From positions 91,353 through 155,352 of the forward strand of contig DAZE01000012.1 in assembly GCA_002507175.1 (NCBI GenBank): a stretch of 64,000 nt of DNA, read 5' to 3'. The DNA comes from Euryarchaeota archaeon UBA558. Its GTDB lineage: Archaea; Thermoplasmatota; Poseidoniia; Poseidoniales; Thalassarchaeaceae. Under the pieces are notes generated by a model, which made no database searches, was not told the DNA's origin, and saw only the letters and a program-made list of their open reading frames with translations. Position 1 is the first letter of the stretch. The number at the start of each line of letters is the position of its first letter. Positions 46,308-55,225 of this stretch are shown in pieces. Position numbers and translations under genes: made by a program.

Positions 46308-47360
46308 AGTACCTTTGTTCTTCCCCGTCCCTCTATGTCCGATCAGCCTAGGCACCTCCCATGGCATTGTACTCTCCGAGGTCAAACTCTTCAACTCGGT
46401 CAATGAAGTGCTCCATCTCCATTTTTTCCGCCAATCGGATATTACTTGCATCCTCTCGGACCCTGAGATCTCATGCCATGGTTGACGAACACCTTCGATC
46501 TCTGGCATCGTCGCTGGCCTCATGCATCTATTCGTCCCATCTGTATTTGCCAATTCAGGGTTTATGCTGTCTGAGATACAGGATAGCCCTGCATCGAGCA
46601 ATTGTGACTCTAGCTCGAGCGGGGCGGGCCATACATAGACCGGGTGTCCACGCCTGATTCTATTGAATCGGTCAAGTGCTGCGCCCTTCAGTCCAACTGA
46701 CGTGCCAAGGGGAATGTGGCGTGTCCAGCCATGAATGTACTCAAGAGCCAATGGCAGCATCGGGGCTCCTAACCTCTTCTGCTTTGCAAGTAGGCGAGGC
46801 ACTGATGTTGATACGAATGAGGGAGATGCCACTGCTCTTTGGGTGCTCCAATTTCCCCATTGCCTCAATTTTGGCATCAACCTAGCATGCCGGTACTTGC
46901 CTGAGCCACTATTGGCGACGGGCGTAATGTAGGGGTCGAAAGAATAGAAAACAGTGGACTGGACTGGGACTTGTATCTCTTCTATTCTTGACCTTACAGA
47001 TTCTAGGAGCCTAGATATGTGGTCATGCATCCTTTTTCCCCTCAACCAGCCGCCTCCAGCGCCCGAAGAAGGATGAGGCGCCTTCAACTCTAGGCACACA
47101 AAGCGAGCCTCGTTGACCCACCTGTCCACAAACCCGCTGCTATCGAGAAGATCATCAAAAAGGGCCACTTCCTGTTTCAAGTCATCGTATCCATATCTCT
47201 CAGGGTACTTCCCAGATGGCGTTCGCGGATCATGGTGAATAACGACTTCCCCTTCGGCTGTGAGGCGTAGATCCATCTCCACGCCATCCGCATGTTCCAT
47301 TCCGTACTCCAGTGCGGCAATGGAATTTTCTTTCGGTTTCCTCCATGCCACGTCAGCCAT
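46302..47360 (-). CDS. Glycerophosphodiester phosphodiesterase (GDPD) family protein, atypical motif order
   Basis: The GDPD barrel motifs are ENSIAALEYGMEHADGVEMDLRLTAEGEVVIHHD, LELKAP, FYSFDP and VYVWP...AGLSCISDSINPE. The canonical N-terminal HRG is missing, and an IGHRG occurs 9 residues from the C-terminus. Confidence 0.65.
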   Translation of the reverse strand: MADVAWRKPKENSIAALEYGMEHADGVEMDLRLTAEGEVVIHHDPRTPSGKYPERYGYDDLKQEVALFDDLLDSSGFVDRWVNEARFVCLELKAPHPSSGAGGGWLRGKRMHDHISRLLESVRSRIEEIQVPVQSTVFYSFDPYITPVANSGSGKYRHARLMPKLRQWGNWSTQRAVASPSFVSTSVPRLLAKQKRLGAPMLPLALEYIHGWTRHIPLGTSVGLKGAALDRFNRIRRGHPVYVWPAPLELESQLLDAGLSCISDSINPELANTDGTNRCMRPATMPEIEGVRQPWHEISGSERMQVISDWRKKWRWSTSLTELKSLTSESTMPWEVPRLIGHRGTGKNKGTL

Positions 47361-47588
47361 GTGTTATCTCAGGTAGACAGAGATGATGAATTAGCCTATG
47401 GAACAACGCTGTTTCAGGGCAAGATAGATAGCAATATTTCCTTTTAGCCACCAAATGTGGGTCGTATTTCTGACTCCTCAAGACGAGAAATGCTAGTTCC
47501 GATAATCCATGTTAGGGTGCATAGTGCCTTCAGCAGCGGTTTGCAGTGACAACGCTCATACCATGTATTGTTCATTGGCGATCGAGGA

Positions 47589-49403
47589 ATGGACATGGGA
47601 GAGGTGGTAATCGATAGACAATCCAACGAGGCTGCTGTGAGGGGTTATGCGTTCTATGACTGGGGCAAATCAGGGTTCGAGACGAGCGTCACGACCGCTA
47701 TTCTGCCATTTTGGTTCGCTCTCCTTTTCCTAGAGGCAAATGGCCTGACTACTACGATCCTTTCAAAGTCAATGACCAGTGATGCTATCTGGTCATTTTC
47801 CGTTTCAGGGGCGGCACTCCTTGTGGCCATAATTAGCCCCTCGTTAGGGGTGATTGCCGATCGCCGGGCAATCAAAATGTGGTGGTTGAGAATCCTGACC
47901 TATCTCGGCGCAGGAGCGACATTTCTATTGTGTGCTACGCCCTTCTTGTCAGTCGATCTTCGTTGGATATGGCTAATGATCATGTTCATCTTTGCAAATA
48001 TTGGGTTGAACGGAGCTGGAGTTTTCTACAACGCACTACTACCTCACATGGGGACTGATGATGAGATGGACAGAATCTCAAACCTAGCTTTTGCCTATGG
48101 GTACCTGGGGGGTGGGATTCTCCTCCTTCTTCACATAATGCTGCTTTTGGTGACTGGATACGCAGACTGGGCGATTAATTTCGCTCTCGCTACCTCTGGT
48201 ATCTGGTGGTATGGCTTCGCCCTGTACACGTTTAGATGGGTCCCTGAGCCCTCAATCGAAAACGAAATGGAATCTCTCGGCCTTATTGAGTCAACCAAAC
48301 TTGCCCTGAGGGAGATAAGAAAAACTGTGGGGGAAGTGGACAAATTCAAGACCCTTTTCATTTACATGCTCGCGTACTTTTTCTTCATTGACGGTATTAA
48401 CACCGTCACTGCACTGGGAGGAGTCTTTGGGACCGTGGTTCTGGGAATTACCCCGATCGACCTCATGGTGACGATCCTCGCAATTCAATTCGTTGCCGCG
48501 CCTTCTGCTGTCGCATTCACTAGATTGGCGGGGAGGGTCGGGACAAAGCCAGCGCTATCCATATCTCTGGTGGGATGGGTCCTACTGTGTTTTGGCGCGT
48601 TGGCATTCGCCCCACTTCAGTTAGATTCTCACCATGAATACCAAATCCAGTACGATTGGGACGAAGCCTCCATGGCATACAATGTTCAAGTGCACACCGA
48701 TACGCCACAGATTGCGCAGAAGTTAGATTACGAGGCCAACGAGTTTGATGAACAGAGTTGGGCCTCTTCATGGGCGCACGTGCTCCCTTTGGAGGAGGAT
48801 GATCGGTCCAATACGATGAAATGGCTCATTTATGAAAGGGACTCCGACGGAGTCAGCACAGATGAGAGACACACAAAACTGCTCATCGGCATAGACAATG
48901 AAGAAATAAGGTCACTAGTGGAATCGTTGTTTGACTCACGATTCAGCGCAAGTGTGTCAGGTGGCCCTCTTGACACGACTAGTAAGGTCGGAATAGACCA
49001 TCCGACAAATCTCGGTGATGGTATATTGGATGCCATACCTGAGAATGCAAGGAAGTATGTCTGGGAGCCACTGGGAATCGCTGTTGGAATTCAGTTTCTA
49101 ATCCTCGGCTGCGCTATGGGAACTCTGCTCGGGGGCTCTCAAGGTCTTGCAAGGAGCTTATTTGGACAGATGGTGCCCGAAACTAGAAGTGCTGAGTTTT
49201 TCGGCTTTTTCGGCTTTTTCGGTAAAGTTGCTGCACTAATAGGCCCGCTCCTCTACGGATTCATGACCGTAGCTTTCGATAGCAGGGTAGGTATACTCGC
49301 AGTTTCGATGTTGATCCTGACTGGGGCGCTAATGATGCGACTCGTGGACGTAGAAAAAGGAAGAGAGGACGCTAGAAATGAAGACATCCGAAACAGAGCC
49401 TAG
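47589..49403 (+). CDS. MFS transporter, UMF1/Atg22-like family, with a hydrophilic insertion of about 150 aa
   Basis: The N-terminus has GYAFYDWGKSGFE, typical of the UMF1 family. The ORF has 12 predicted TM segments. It opens at a TTG at 47568, but I prefer the ATG at 47589. Confidence 0.65.
   Translation: MDMGEVVIDRQSNEAAVRGYAFYDWGKSGFETSVTTAILPFWFALLFLEANGLTTTILSKSMTSDAIWSFSVSGAALLVAIISPSLGVIADRRAIKMWWLRILTYLGAGATFLLCATPFLSVDLRWIWLMIMFIFANIGLNGAGVFYNALLPHMGTDDEMDRISNLAFAYGYLGGGILLLLHIMLLLVTGYADWAINFALATSGIWWYGFALYTFRWVPEPSIENEMESLGLIESTKLALREIRKTVGEVDKFKTLFIYMLAYFFFIDGINTVTALGGVFGTVVLGITPIDLMVTILAIQFVAAPSAVAFTRLAGRVGTKPALSISLVGWVLLCFGALAFAPLQLDSHHEYQIQYDWDEASMAYNVQVHTDTPQIAQKLDYEANEFDEQSWASSWAHVLPLEEDDRSNTMKWLIYERDSDGVSTDERHTKLLIGIDNEEIRSLVESLFDSRFSASVSGGPLDTTSKVGIDHPTNLGDGILDAIPENARKYVWEPLGIAVGIQFLILGCAMGTLLGGSQGLARSLFGQMVPETRSAEFFGFFGFFGKVAALIGPLLYGFMTVAFDSRVGILAVSMLILTGALMMRLVDVEKGREDARNEDIRNRA
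49197..49223 (+). repeat. In-frame 9-bp tandem repeat (tttttcggc x3, third copy imperfect) encoding (FFG)3 inside the MFS gene
   Basis: Read directly from the sequence: tttttcggc tttttcggc tttttcggt. Confidence 0.8.
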
Positions 49404-50188
49404 CCGTCTGCATCACGATATCTCGTGAGTCGCTCCAGAATTATTGATAGCTCCATCAGGACCACAACTGGGCCCCCGACCAAGAACATGGACAAAGGGT
49501 CTGGGGGAGACAAGAACGCCCCTGCTGCAAGTGCAAAAAACCACAGTAAAGACCTATTCCTCACTATCGAGTCAGGAGACAAGATTCCCGATCTAATCAT
49601 CACGAATGCAAGGAGGGGAACTTGGAAACCGACAGCCGAGGCAGTCAGTAAGCCAAGAATGAAACCAAGCCATGATCCAATCTGCCAAGTCGCCTCCAAG
49701 CCCGCCGATGAGGAGTCATTCACCAGATACTCCAATAAGAATGGAATCAGGATGTTATGGGCATAGGCCACTCCCAACAACCCCAAAGAGATCGATGAAA
49801 ACGTGACAAGGACAAGCTTCAACGGGTCCTTTCTCTGAATATTCGATCTTCTAGCTCTAGACAAAACCTCGCCCCCATTCAATGATAGGTCACCAACAAA
49901 GGCGAGTATGGTGACGCCGAGTGCGAGATTAACTGATATCTTCAATTTTAACAAAATCAGTTCCATGGGTTGAACAATTATTATCTCGACTCCCTCGGGC
50001 CTCCAATCCGGATTCCCCGACGCCCAGAGCAACATCCTCTCGGTCAGGGGATATGAAATTACGAACCCGAGAAGGAAAATAACAGAAAGGGCACGTACCC
50101 GATATTTCACGTGTCCGACAAGACCCCTCAGCCCTGCTCTGGATATGAATCCACTGTGCTCGAACGCTCCTTCCTCCATAACAGTCAT
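49400..50188 (-). CDS. tatC: Twin-arginine translocase subunit TatC
   Basis: The ORF has a 6-TM layout. It contains FFALAAGAFLSPPDPLSM and other TatC-like loops. Confidence 0.8.
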   Translation of the reverse strand: MTVMEEGAFEHSGFISRAGLRGLVGHVKYRVRALSVIFLLGFVISYPLTERMLLWASGNPDWRPEGVEIIIVQPMELILLKLKISVNLALGVTILAFVGDLSLNGGEVLSRARRSNIQRKDPLKLVLVTFSSISLGLLGVAYAHNILIPFLLEYLVNDSSSAGLEATWQIGSWLGFILGLLTASAVGFQVPLLAFVMIRSGILSPDSIVRNRSLLWFFALAAGAFLSPPDPLSMFLVGGPVVVLMELSIILERLTRYRDADG

Positions 50189-51294
50189 CTCCGAGTGACG
50201 ATTGTGAGTAGGTCACCATCCTTTAGTGTATGATCCAGCCCAACTCGCTGCCAATCAAATTTTGCGCTAGGCCCTTTCACTCTGGCATATCTGAACTTCC
50301 GGACAAAATCCCTATGCAACTTGACGCAAATCTCTCTTACCCTAGAATCGTCTTTCACAATCAGCGGCTCTTCTAAGTCTGCTTCCTGGCCTTGTGGTTT
50401 GAGGTAGATCGACATGAATCCGAGATTGTCGTAGATGAAATCCTTCATTGACTCAATCCCCTCTCCTGTTTTTGCTGATACACGCAATATAGGCCAACCC
50501 TCCGGAACCATTGCCTCCGCTCTTTTCAGATCTTCTTCGTTTGCTAGATCGACCTTGTTGATTACTACCACTGATCGAGTGTAAACCCTGTTCCCAGCAA
50601 GTGTATCCACGATGTGGTCATCCGTCGCATCTGATCTGAGGACGACGTTTGCTGATACAATTCCAAATGACCGTATGATATCCTGCACATCAGCCTCTTC
50701 AAGATTCGATTGATCAAGGGTCGATCTTACTACTATTCCCCCTCGATCAGTTCTTCTGATAAAGACCTGAGGTTTAGGCTGATTCAACCTCATACCAGAT
50801 CTCCACAACTCTTGATCGAGTACGTTGAAATGAGATTCTTGGAATGGGTCTAGGACGTAAAGCACCATGTCTGATCCCCTAATGACGTTCAAAATTTCAC
50901 GCCCTCTTCCTTTGCCTTCGCTTGCACCTTTTATGAGGCCAGGGAGGTCGAGGATCTGTATTTTTGCCCCTTTGTGCTCCATCAAACCGGGGATGCAGGT
51001 CAATGTGGTGAAGGCAAAGGCACCAGCCTCTGATTCTGCACCTGTGAGCTGTGAGATGAGGCTAGACTTACCAACGGATGGGAATCCGACGAGTGCGACG
51101 CTAGCATCGCCGGATTTCTTCACTTCAAACCCGGGAGCACTCCCACCTGATTTGGCCTGTGCCTTCTCCTTTTTTTCTTTGAGCGCTGCAATCTTTGCCT
51201 TGAGTTTCCCTATGTGTCCTTGGGTCGCTTTGTTGTATTTTGTCTTGGAGATCTCCTCTTCGAGGGATTTGATTTGCTCCTCGATGGTTGCCAT
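50185..51294 (-). CDS. DRG-family (Obg-like) GTP-binding protein with C-terminal TGS domain
   Basis: The N-terminus is a coiled region (YNKATQGHIGKLKAKIA). The G-motifs are G1 GFPSVGKSSL, G3 DLPG and NKVD. The C-terminus is TGS-like. Confidence 0.9.
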   Translation of the reverse strand: MATIEEQIKSLEEEISKTKYNKATQGHIGKLKAKIAALKEKKEKAQAKSGGSAPGFEVKKSGDASVALVGFPSVGKSSLISQLTGAESEAGAFAFTTLTCIPGLMEHKGAKIQILDLPGLIKGASEGKGRGREILNVIRGSDMVLYVLDPFQESHFNVLDQELWRSGMRLNQPKPQVFIRRTDRGGIVVRSTLDQSNLEEADVQDIIRSFGIVSANVVLRSDATDDHIVDTLAGNRVYTRSVVVINKVDLANEEDLKRAEAMVPEGWPILRVSAKTGEGIESMKDFIYDNLGFMSIYLKPQGQEADLEEPLIVKDDSRVREICVKLHRDFVRKFRYARVKGPSAKFDWQRVGLDHTLKDGDLLTIVTRR

Positions 51295-51385
51295 GGCTAC
51301 ATTGAGGGGTTAGGGCAGTGGTTCTTCAAGCCAGCCCATGCAATTACCACCATAGAACCAAACGGTCATACAACACCCCGTACCC

Positions 51386-52057
51386 ATGGCGAGGGTTGTC
51401 ATGAGGCTGGTGGACCCTGATTCACTTGATAGCCTGTTGTCCATGAAGCCAATGGACTTGTTCATTGGGATGGAGAAACAAGAACTCAGACACCTTAGGC
51501 CGGATCCGACAGAATCTCTGCATCGACCTTTTTCCGTGGATGTTGAAGGGGATCTTATGGACGCTTGGGATGCGTCTTCACAGAGCAGCATGCAATCAAT
51601 ATTCGATATCAAACCCGTGGAAGCAAGGTCCCAGACTGTTTATTCCCTCTGCATGTGGGCCTCAACTGCAGAGTGGAGTTGTTGGGATGCTAGGGCATAT
51701 CTATACTTGGAGCCCTACGTCTCTAGATCCATCGACCTGAGCGACATACTAGTTCCTGATCTGTGGAAAGATTTCGCTTCCTCACTATCGGCCTACAGTA
51801 GAGGCGAATACATAGACTCGGTCACAAGAGATTGGATCTCAAGGAGGGATGAAATCGGGGCTCCCTCAGAGAGCGAAAAGGATCCGTACCTGGTCTCGAC
51901 CATGTCGGCACATAGGGGTAATTCATCCGATCTCTATGATATTTCTAAGGCCATAAGGGAGAACAGCCCAAGTATCATGCTCGGCATTGAACAGACTCCA
52001 ATCCCCGGTTGGACTTTGAATGGAGTCCAAATCTCTGAAATCAGCGGAGGGGTCTGA
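51386..52057 (+). CDS. Hypothetical protein, translationally coupled to the NMN adenylyltransferase gene
   Basis: The ORF is 223 aa and I recognise no motif. Its stop overlaps the next ATG (the TGA at 52055-52057 shares one nt with the ATG at 52057). Confidence 0.4.
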   Translation: MARVVMRLVDPDSLDSLLSMKPMDLFIGMEKQELRHLRPDPTESLHRPFSVDVEGDLMDAWDASSQSSMQSIFDIKPVEARSQTVYSLCMWASTAEWSCWDARAYLYLEPYVSRSIDLSDILVPDLWKDFASSLSAYSRGEYIDSVTRDWISRRDEIGAPSESEKDPYLVSTMSAHRGNSSDLYDISKAIRENSPSIMLGIEQTPIPGWTLNGVQISEISGGV

Positions 52058-52641
52058 TGGGACAACCAATCATTTCTTCAGCGTGTGTTGTTCTAGGGCG
52101 GTTTCAACCTGTTCATAGGGGACACGCCCAACTGTTGATCGATGCAAACAATTGGAGGCTTGAAAACAGGCCAGAACTTGAATTAAGAATTGCCGTTGGA
52201 TCGACTAACAAGCCTCAGAACCTGAGAAATCCTTGGGATTTTGAGGAAAGGAAGGAGATGCTTGAGGCGTCACTGGACGACATTGGCCTAGTTGGCGAGA
52301 TAGTTTCTGTTCCAGATATCGACGATCCGCCAAACTGGGTTCAACATGCTGAGGACTTTCACGGGGGCCCAGGTGTCTTGGTTACAACCGATGGTCGTAC
52401 AGCTGAACTTTACACCAATTCTGGCTGGGAAGTGGTACTAATGGACTATCACAACAGAGGCGAGTTAGTTGGTTGGAGAGTCAGAGAGACCATGCGGATG
52501 ATGTCGACCATTTCTGATGAACAGGCACTTTACGAAGTCCTGACAAAGGCCATCCAAGGGCCTGTCATAGAGAAAATGCTCCAGATGGATGCGATTCGCA
52601 GGCTTGCCTTCATGGGCGAGGGCGGTGAACCAGTCGGCTAA
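52057..52641 (+). CDS. Nicotinamide-nucleotide adenylyltransferase (archaeal type)
   Basis: The nucleotidyltransferase motif GRFQPVHRGH is present. The size and layout match archaeal NMNAT. Confidence 0.85.
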   Translation: MGQPIISSACVVLGRFQPVHRGHAQLLIDANNWRLENRPELELRIAVGSTNKPQNLRNPWDFEERKEMLEASLDDIGLVGEIVSVPDIDDPPNWVQHAEDFHGGPGVLVTTDGRTAELYTNSGWEVVLMDYHNRGELVGWRVRETMRMMSTISDEQALYEVLTKAIQGPVIEKMLQMDAIRRLAFMGEGGEPVG

Positions 52642-54686
52642 GCAGCATCATAGATGCAGGATCCGTCGCACCTGTCTACAACATAGCCATTGAAGAGGTA
52701 CTCGAAAGCCATCCGATGTGCAGCATCTACCCCTGCGACCCAATTGTGGGCTGGATGCGGCTCTTGGCCCAGAAGATTTTGCTCGGGAGCGTGGCTGAAT
52801 CCTCCGTCGAAGTAGACGCCCACGTTTCCAGTTGTCCCTTCGCCACCTTCTGTGATGGGTAGGCCATAGGGGTGGATAGATGAGCTGGATAATATGGACG
52901 CATCGGCATTTCTTAATGCACGGCTGGTTGAAATGTTTGATATCTGCAGGTCCCCAATCGATCCAATGTAGATCATCTCGAACGGTTGTATTCTATCGCC
53001 CCAGCCTTCTGAGAGTGTTGTCCATGTGTTGGTATCCGTGGCATCCCAAAGTGATTGAATCAGGGATATGACAACTGCCCTGTCTAATTGAGATGGATAA
53101 CCGATTACACTCTCCATCAAGTCATCAAATTGATCATACTGGGTGCATCTCTCTATCTGGTGCGAGAAAGCCGCCCCACCGACCCAAAGCGCTCCTCTGT
53201 TGACATCGGGGGACAATCCAAGCAGGGATGGCCCTCTGTTACCACCCAGTGAGTACCCCGTGTAGTATACATCAGATGTGTTTACCAACAAGCGCCCACC
53301 ATCGCCCATCATCTCAGGGAGGTCAGAGCAGATTCCCTTGAAAGTCCTGATCATTACAACGTGGTTTACCATTGCCTGCTGGAGCCTGTCAGATTGGTGG
53401 GTGAAATAGTACCCGTTCATTATTCCCATAGAAATGCCATCCCTGTCGTCGGAACTCCATCCATAGAAATCGGATGCCAACAGTGCAGTCTCGTAGATCT
53501 CGCCCCATGCTCTTAATCCACTGCTGACGTGCCCCTCACCAGTTCCTAGGAAACCATGACCGAACACGGTAAGGGGACTTGGCTCAGACGAGTTGTAGAC
53601 TGACATCGGGATTATGAGGGTGAATGGCACCTCTCGGTTTTCAACGAAGACGGGATTGTGGGAATCATCTCTGGATAGAAGTGTCGGTGCCCTTTCCTCT
53701 AGGAGGTATTGGGGCGCAGTGAATGTCCCTTTTACCCGTCTGTAGGTCATTCCATCTCCGTTGTAGTTGTCTTCAACTCCGTCAGGGTTGACCGTGCATC
53801 CCAATCCATCCCCGATTCTTGAAAGGGCATCATCCCTCATGGAGAGTACGGGGCCGAGCACAGACTCCAATGACGCTGTGTGGAATGACCATAGAGCCTG
53901 TATCTCGTTCTTGTTGACTCCCATGTGGTCCTCTGCGACAGCAATGTATTCGTTGTATGCTGATCTCCTTGACTCGACATCTTCAGCATCGGTAATTTCC
54001 CCATCCAACAACGCTCGCAGTGCCTGACTTGGCTGAATTTCATTGCCCATTGTGTCAGATAGCCCACGTACCACGACGATGTAGCGCGTGTCGTGCTCCA
54101 ACGCTGCCGCGGTTCTGAGATGTAGTATCGTTTGCTCCCCCGGTTGGGCCCTTGCATCCAACTCAGCCCAGTGTGCTACAGCATGGTTGTCATCGACATT
54201 CCAGATAATCGTCGGATGGTCAAGTTCCAATGACCTCTCTATGTTGTACTGATAGGCAACGCTCGCCAGGTCGGGGACTGTGTCGAAGGTTGTCATAATC
54301 TGAGTAGCAGTACTCATCCCATCGAGTTGGTTTATCCTCGGGATTTCCACAGGGTCCGTGGATCCCGAGGCAGGAATGATCCCGCTTGGGATGTTGACTC
54401 TAAATCCGGTATCGGTAGATGCATCCTCAACCAAGAAGGCGTCTGAGGGAAATGGTAGCATGCAGTGATGCGGATTTAGATTATCGCAACCCGCTTCGTT
54501 CGGAACGTCAAGTATGGTAGGCACCGGATCCACGGTGTCATCGATTGTTGTGGGGGTATCGCCTGTGACCGGCTCTTCTTGTTCCGAAGCTTGGTCGTCT
54601 TGGCCAACACATCCGGAGATTGGAACTATCAGTAAGAGTATTACAAGTGGAATTGCAGTCGTCTTGATTGTCATCCCCCTTGCCAC
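52638..54686 (-). CDS. Secreted lipoprotein, alpha/beta-hydrolase (lipase/esterase-like)
   Basis: A signal peptide and lipobox are present (LLIVPISGC). The N-terminal segment CDNLNPHHCMLPFPSD...NQLDGMS resembles bacterial secreted-lipase N-domains. The nucleophile elbow is GYSLGG. Confidence 0.5.
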   Translation of the reverse strand: MARGMTIKTTAIPLVILLLIVPISGCVGQDDQASEQEEPVTGDTPTTIDDTVDPVPTILDVPNEAGCDNLNPHHCMLPFPSDAFLVEDASTDTGFRVNIPSGIIPASGSTDPVEIPRINQLDGMSTATQIMTTFDTVPDLASVAYQYNIERSLELDHPTIIWNVDDNHAVAHWAELDARAQPGEQTILHLRTAAALEHDTRYIVVVRGLSDTMGNEIQPSQALRALLDGEITDAEDVESRRSAYNEYIAVAEDHMGVNKNEIQALWSFHTASLESVLGPVLSMRDDALSRIGDGLGCTVNPDGVEDNYNGDGMTYRRVKGTFTAPQYLLEERAPTLLSRDDSHNPVFVENREVPFTLIIPMSVYNSSEPSPLTVFGHGFLGTGEGHVSSGLRAWGEIYETALLASDFYGWSSDDRDGISMGIMNGYYFTHQSDRLQQAMVNHVVMIRTFKGICSDLPEMMGDGGRLLVNTSDVYYTGYSLGGNRGPSLLGLSPDVNRGALWVGGAAFSHQIERCTQYDQFDDLMESVIGYPSQLDRAVVISLIQSLWDATDTNTWTTLSEGWGDRIQPFEMIYIGSIGDLQISNISTSRALRNADASILSSSSIHPYGLPITEGGEGTTGNVGVYFDGGFSHAPEQNLLGQEPHPAHNWVAGVDAAHRMAFEYLFNGYVVDRCDGSCIYDAA

Positions 54687-54726
54687 CTCCCTGGGCTATT
54701 TATATGGGTGTCCAGTATTCTGATCA

Positions 54727-55221
54727 TCAACACCCATGTGAACTGGACCCACTGAGGTTCAAGTGTGATATCAGAGAATCCAATCTGTCTGGATTTACAC
54801 CGAGATCACTAACTCCGACTCTTGAGGAGCTGCGGGCATGGATCAGAGTATTCTCCTCCATGCATTCTATGTGGATGAAGACATCATCTTCGAACCTTAA
54901 GAAAGGGGTAACATCTACGATGTGTATGCTCGTAAGGTTAGAGTGGATGATTGAGGCACGGTTTAGATCAGATGCCCATTCTTTGACAGAGTCCATGGCC
55001 TCCTCAATACTTCCTGAGAAGACCAGGGGTCCAGTTTGTTCTGTCCTATGATTCCAGATTCCGAATCCAGAGCAGTTCTGGGAGTCATATGAGCATTCAT
55101 CAGGGAATTTGGTCGAGAAATCAGGCGCAGGGGAAGCCACTTTGATTAGGGCGACTCCAATTATCCAAATAGAAAAAAAAGCGAAAATAACACTCCTAGC
55201 TGATCGCAGTGAGAGTTCCAT
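54727..55221 (-). CDS. DUF1499-like membrane-anchored protein
   Basis: An N-terminal TM helix is present. The C-terminal RSSSRVGVSDLGVNPDRL matches the DUF1499 signature as I recall it. Confidence 0.45.
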   Translation of the reverse strand: MELSLRSARSVIFAFFSIWIIGVALIKVASPAPDFSTKFPDECSYDSQNCSGFGIWNHRTEQTGPLVFSGSIEEAMDSVKEWASDLNRASIIHSNLTSIHIVDVTPFLRFEDDVFIHIECMEENTLIHARSSSRVGVSDLGVNPDRLDSLISHLNLSGSSSHGC

Positions 55222-55225
55222 AGAA

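Noticed and set aside
47383-47473. Possible C/D-box sRNA (AUGAUGA at 47383-47389, CUGA at 47470-47473)
   Set aside because: The boxes are about 87 nt apart, much longer than the 50-60 nt of archaeal C/D sRNAs. No internal C'/D' boxes or terminal stem are evident.
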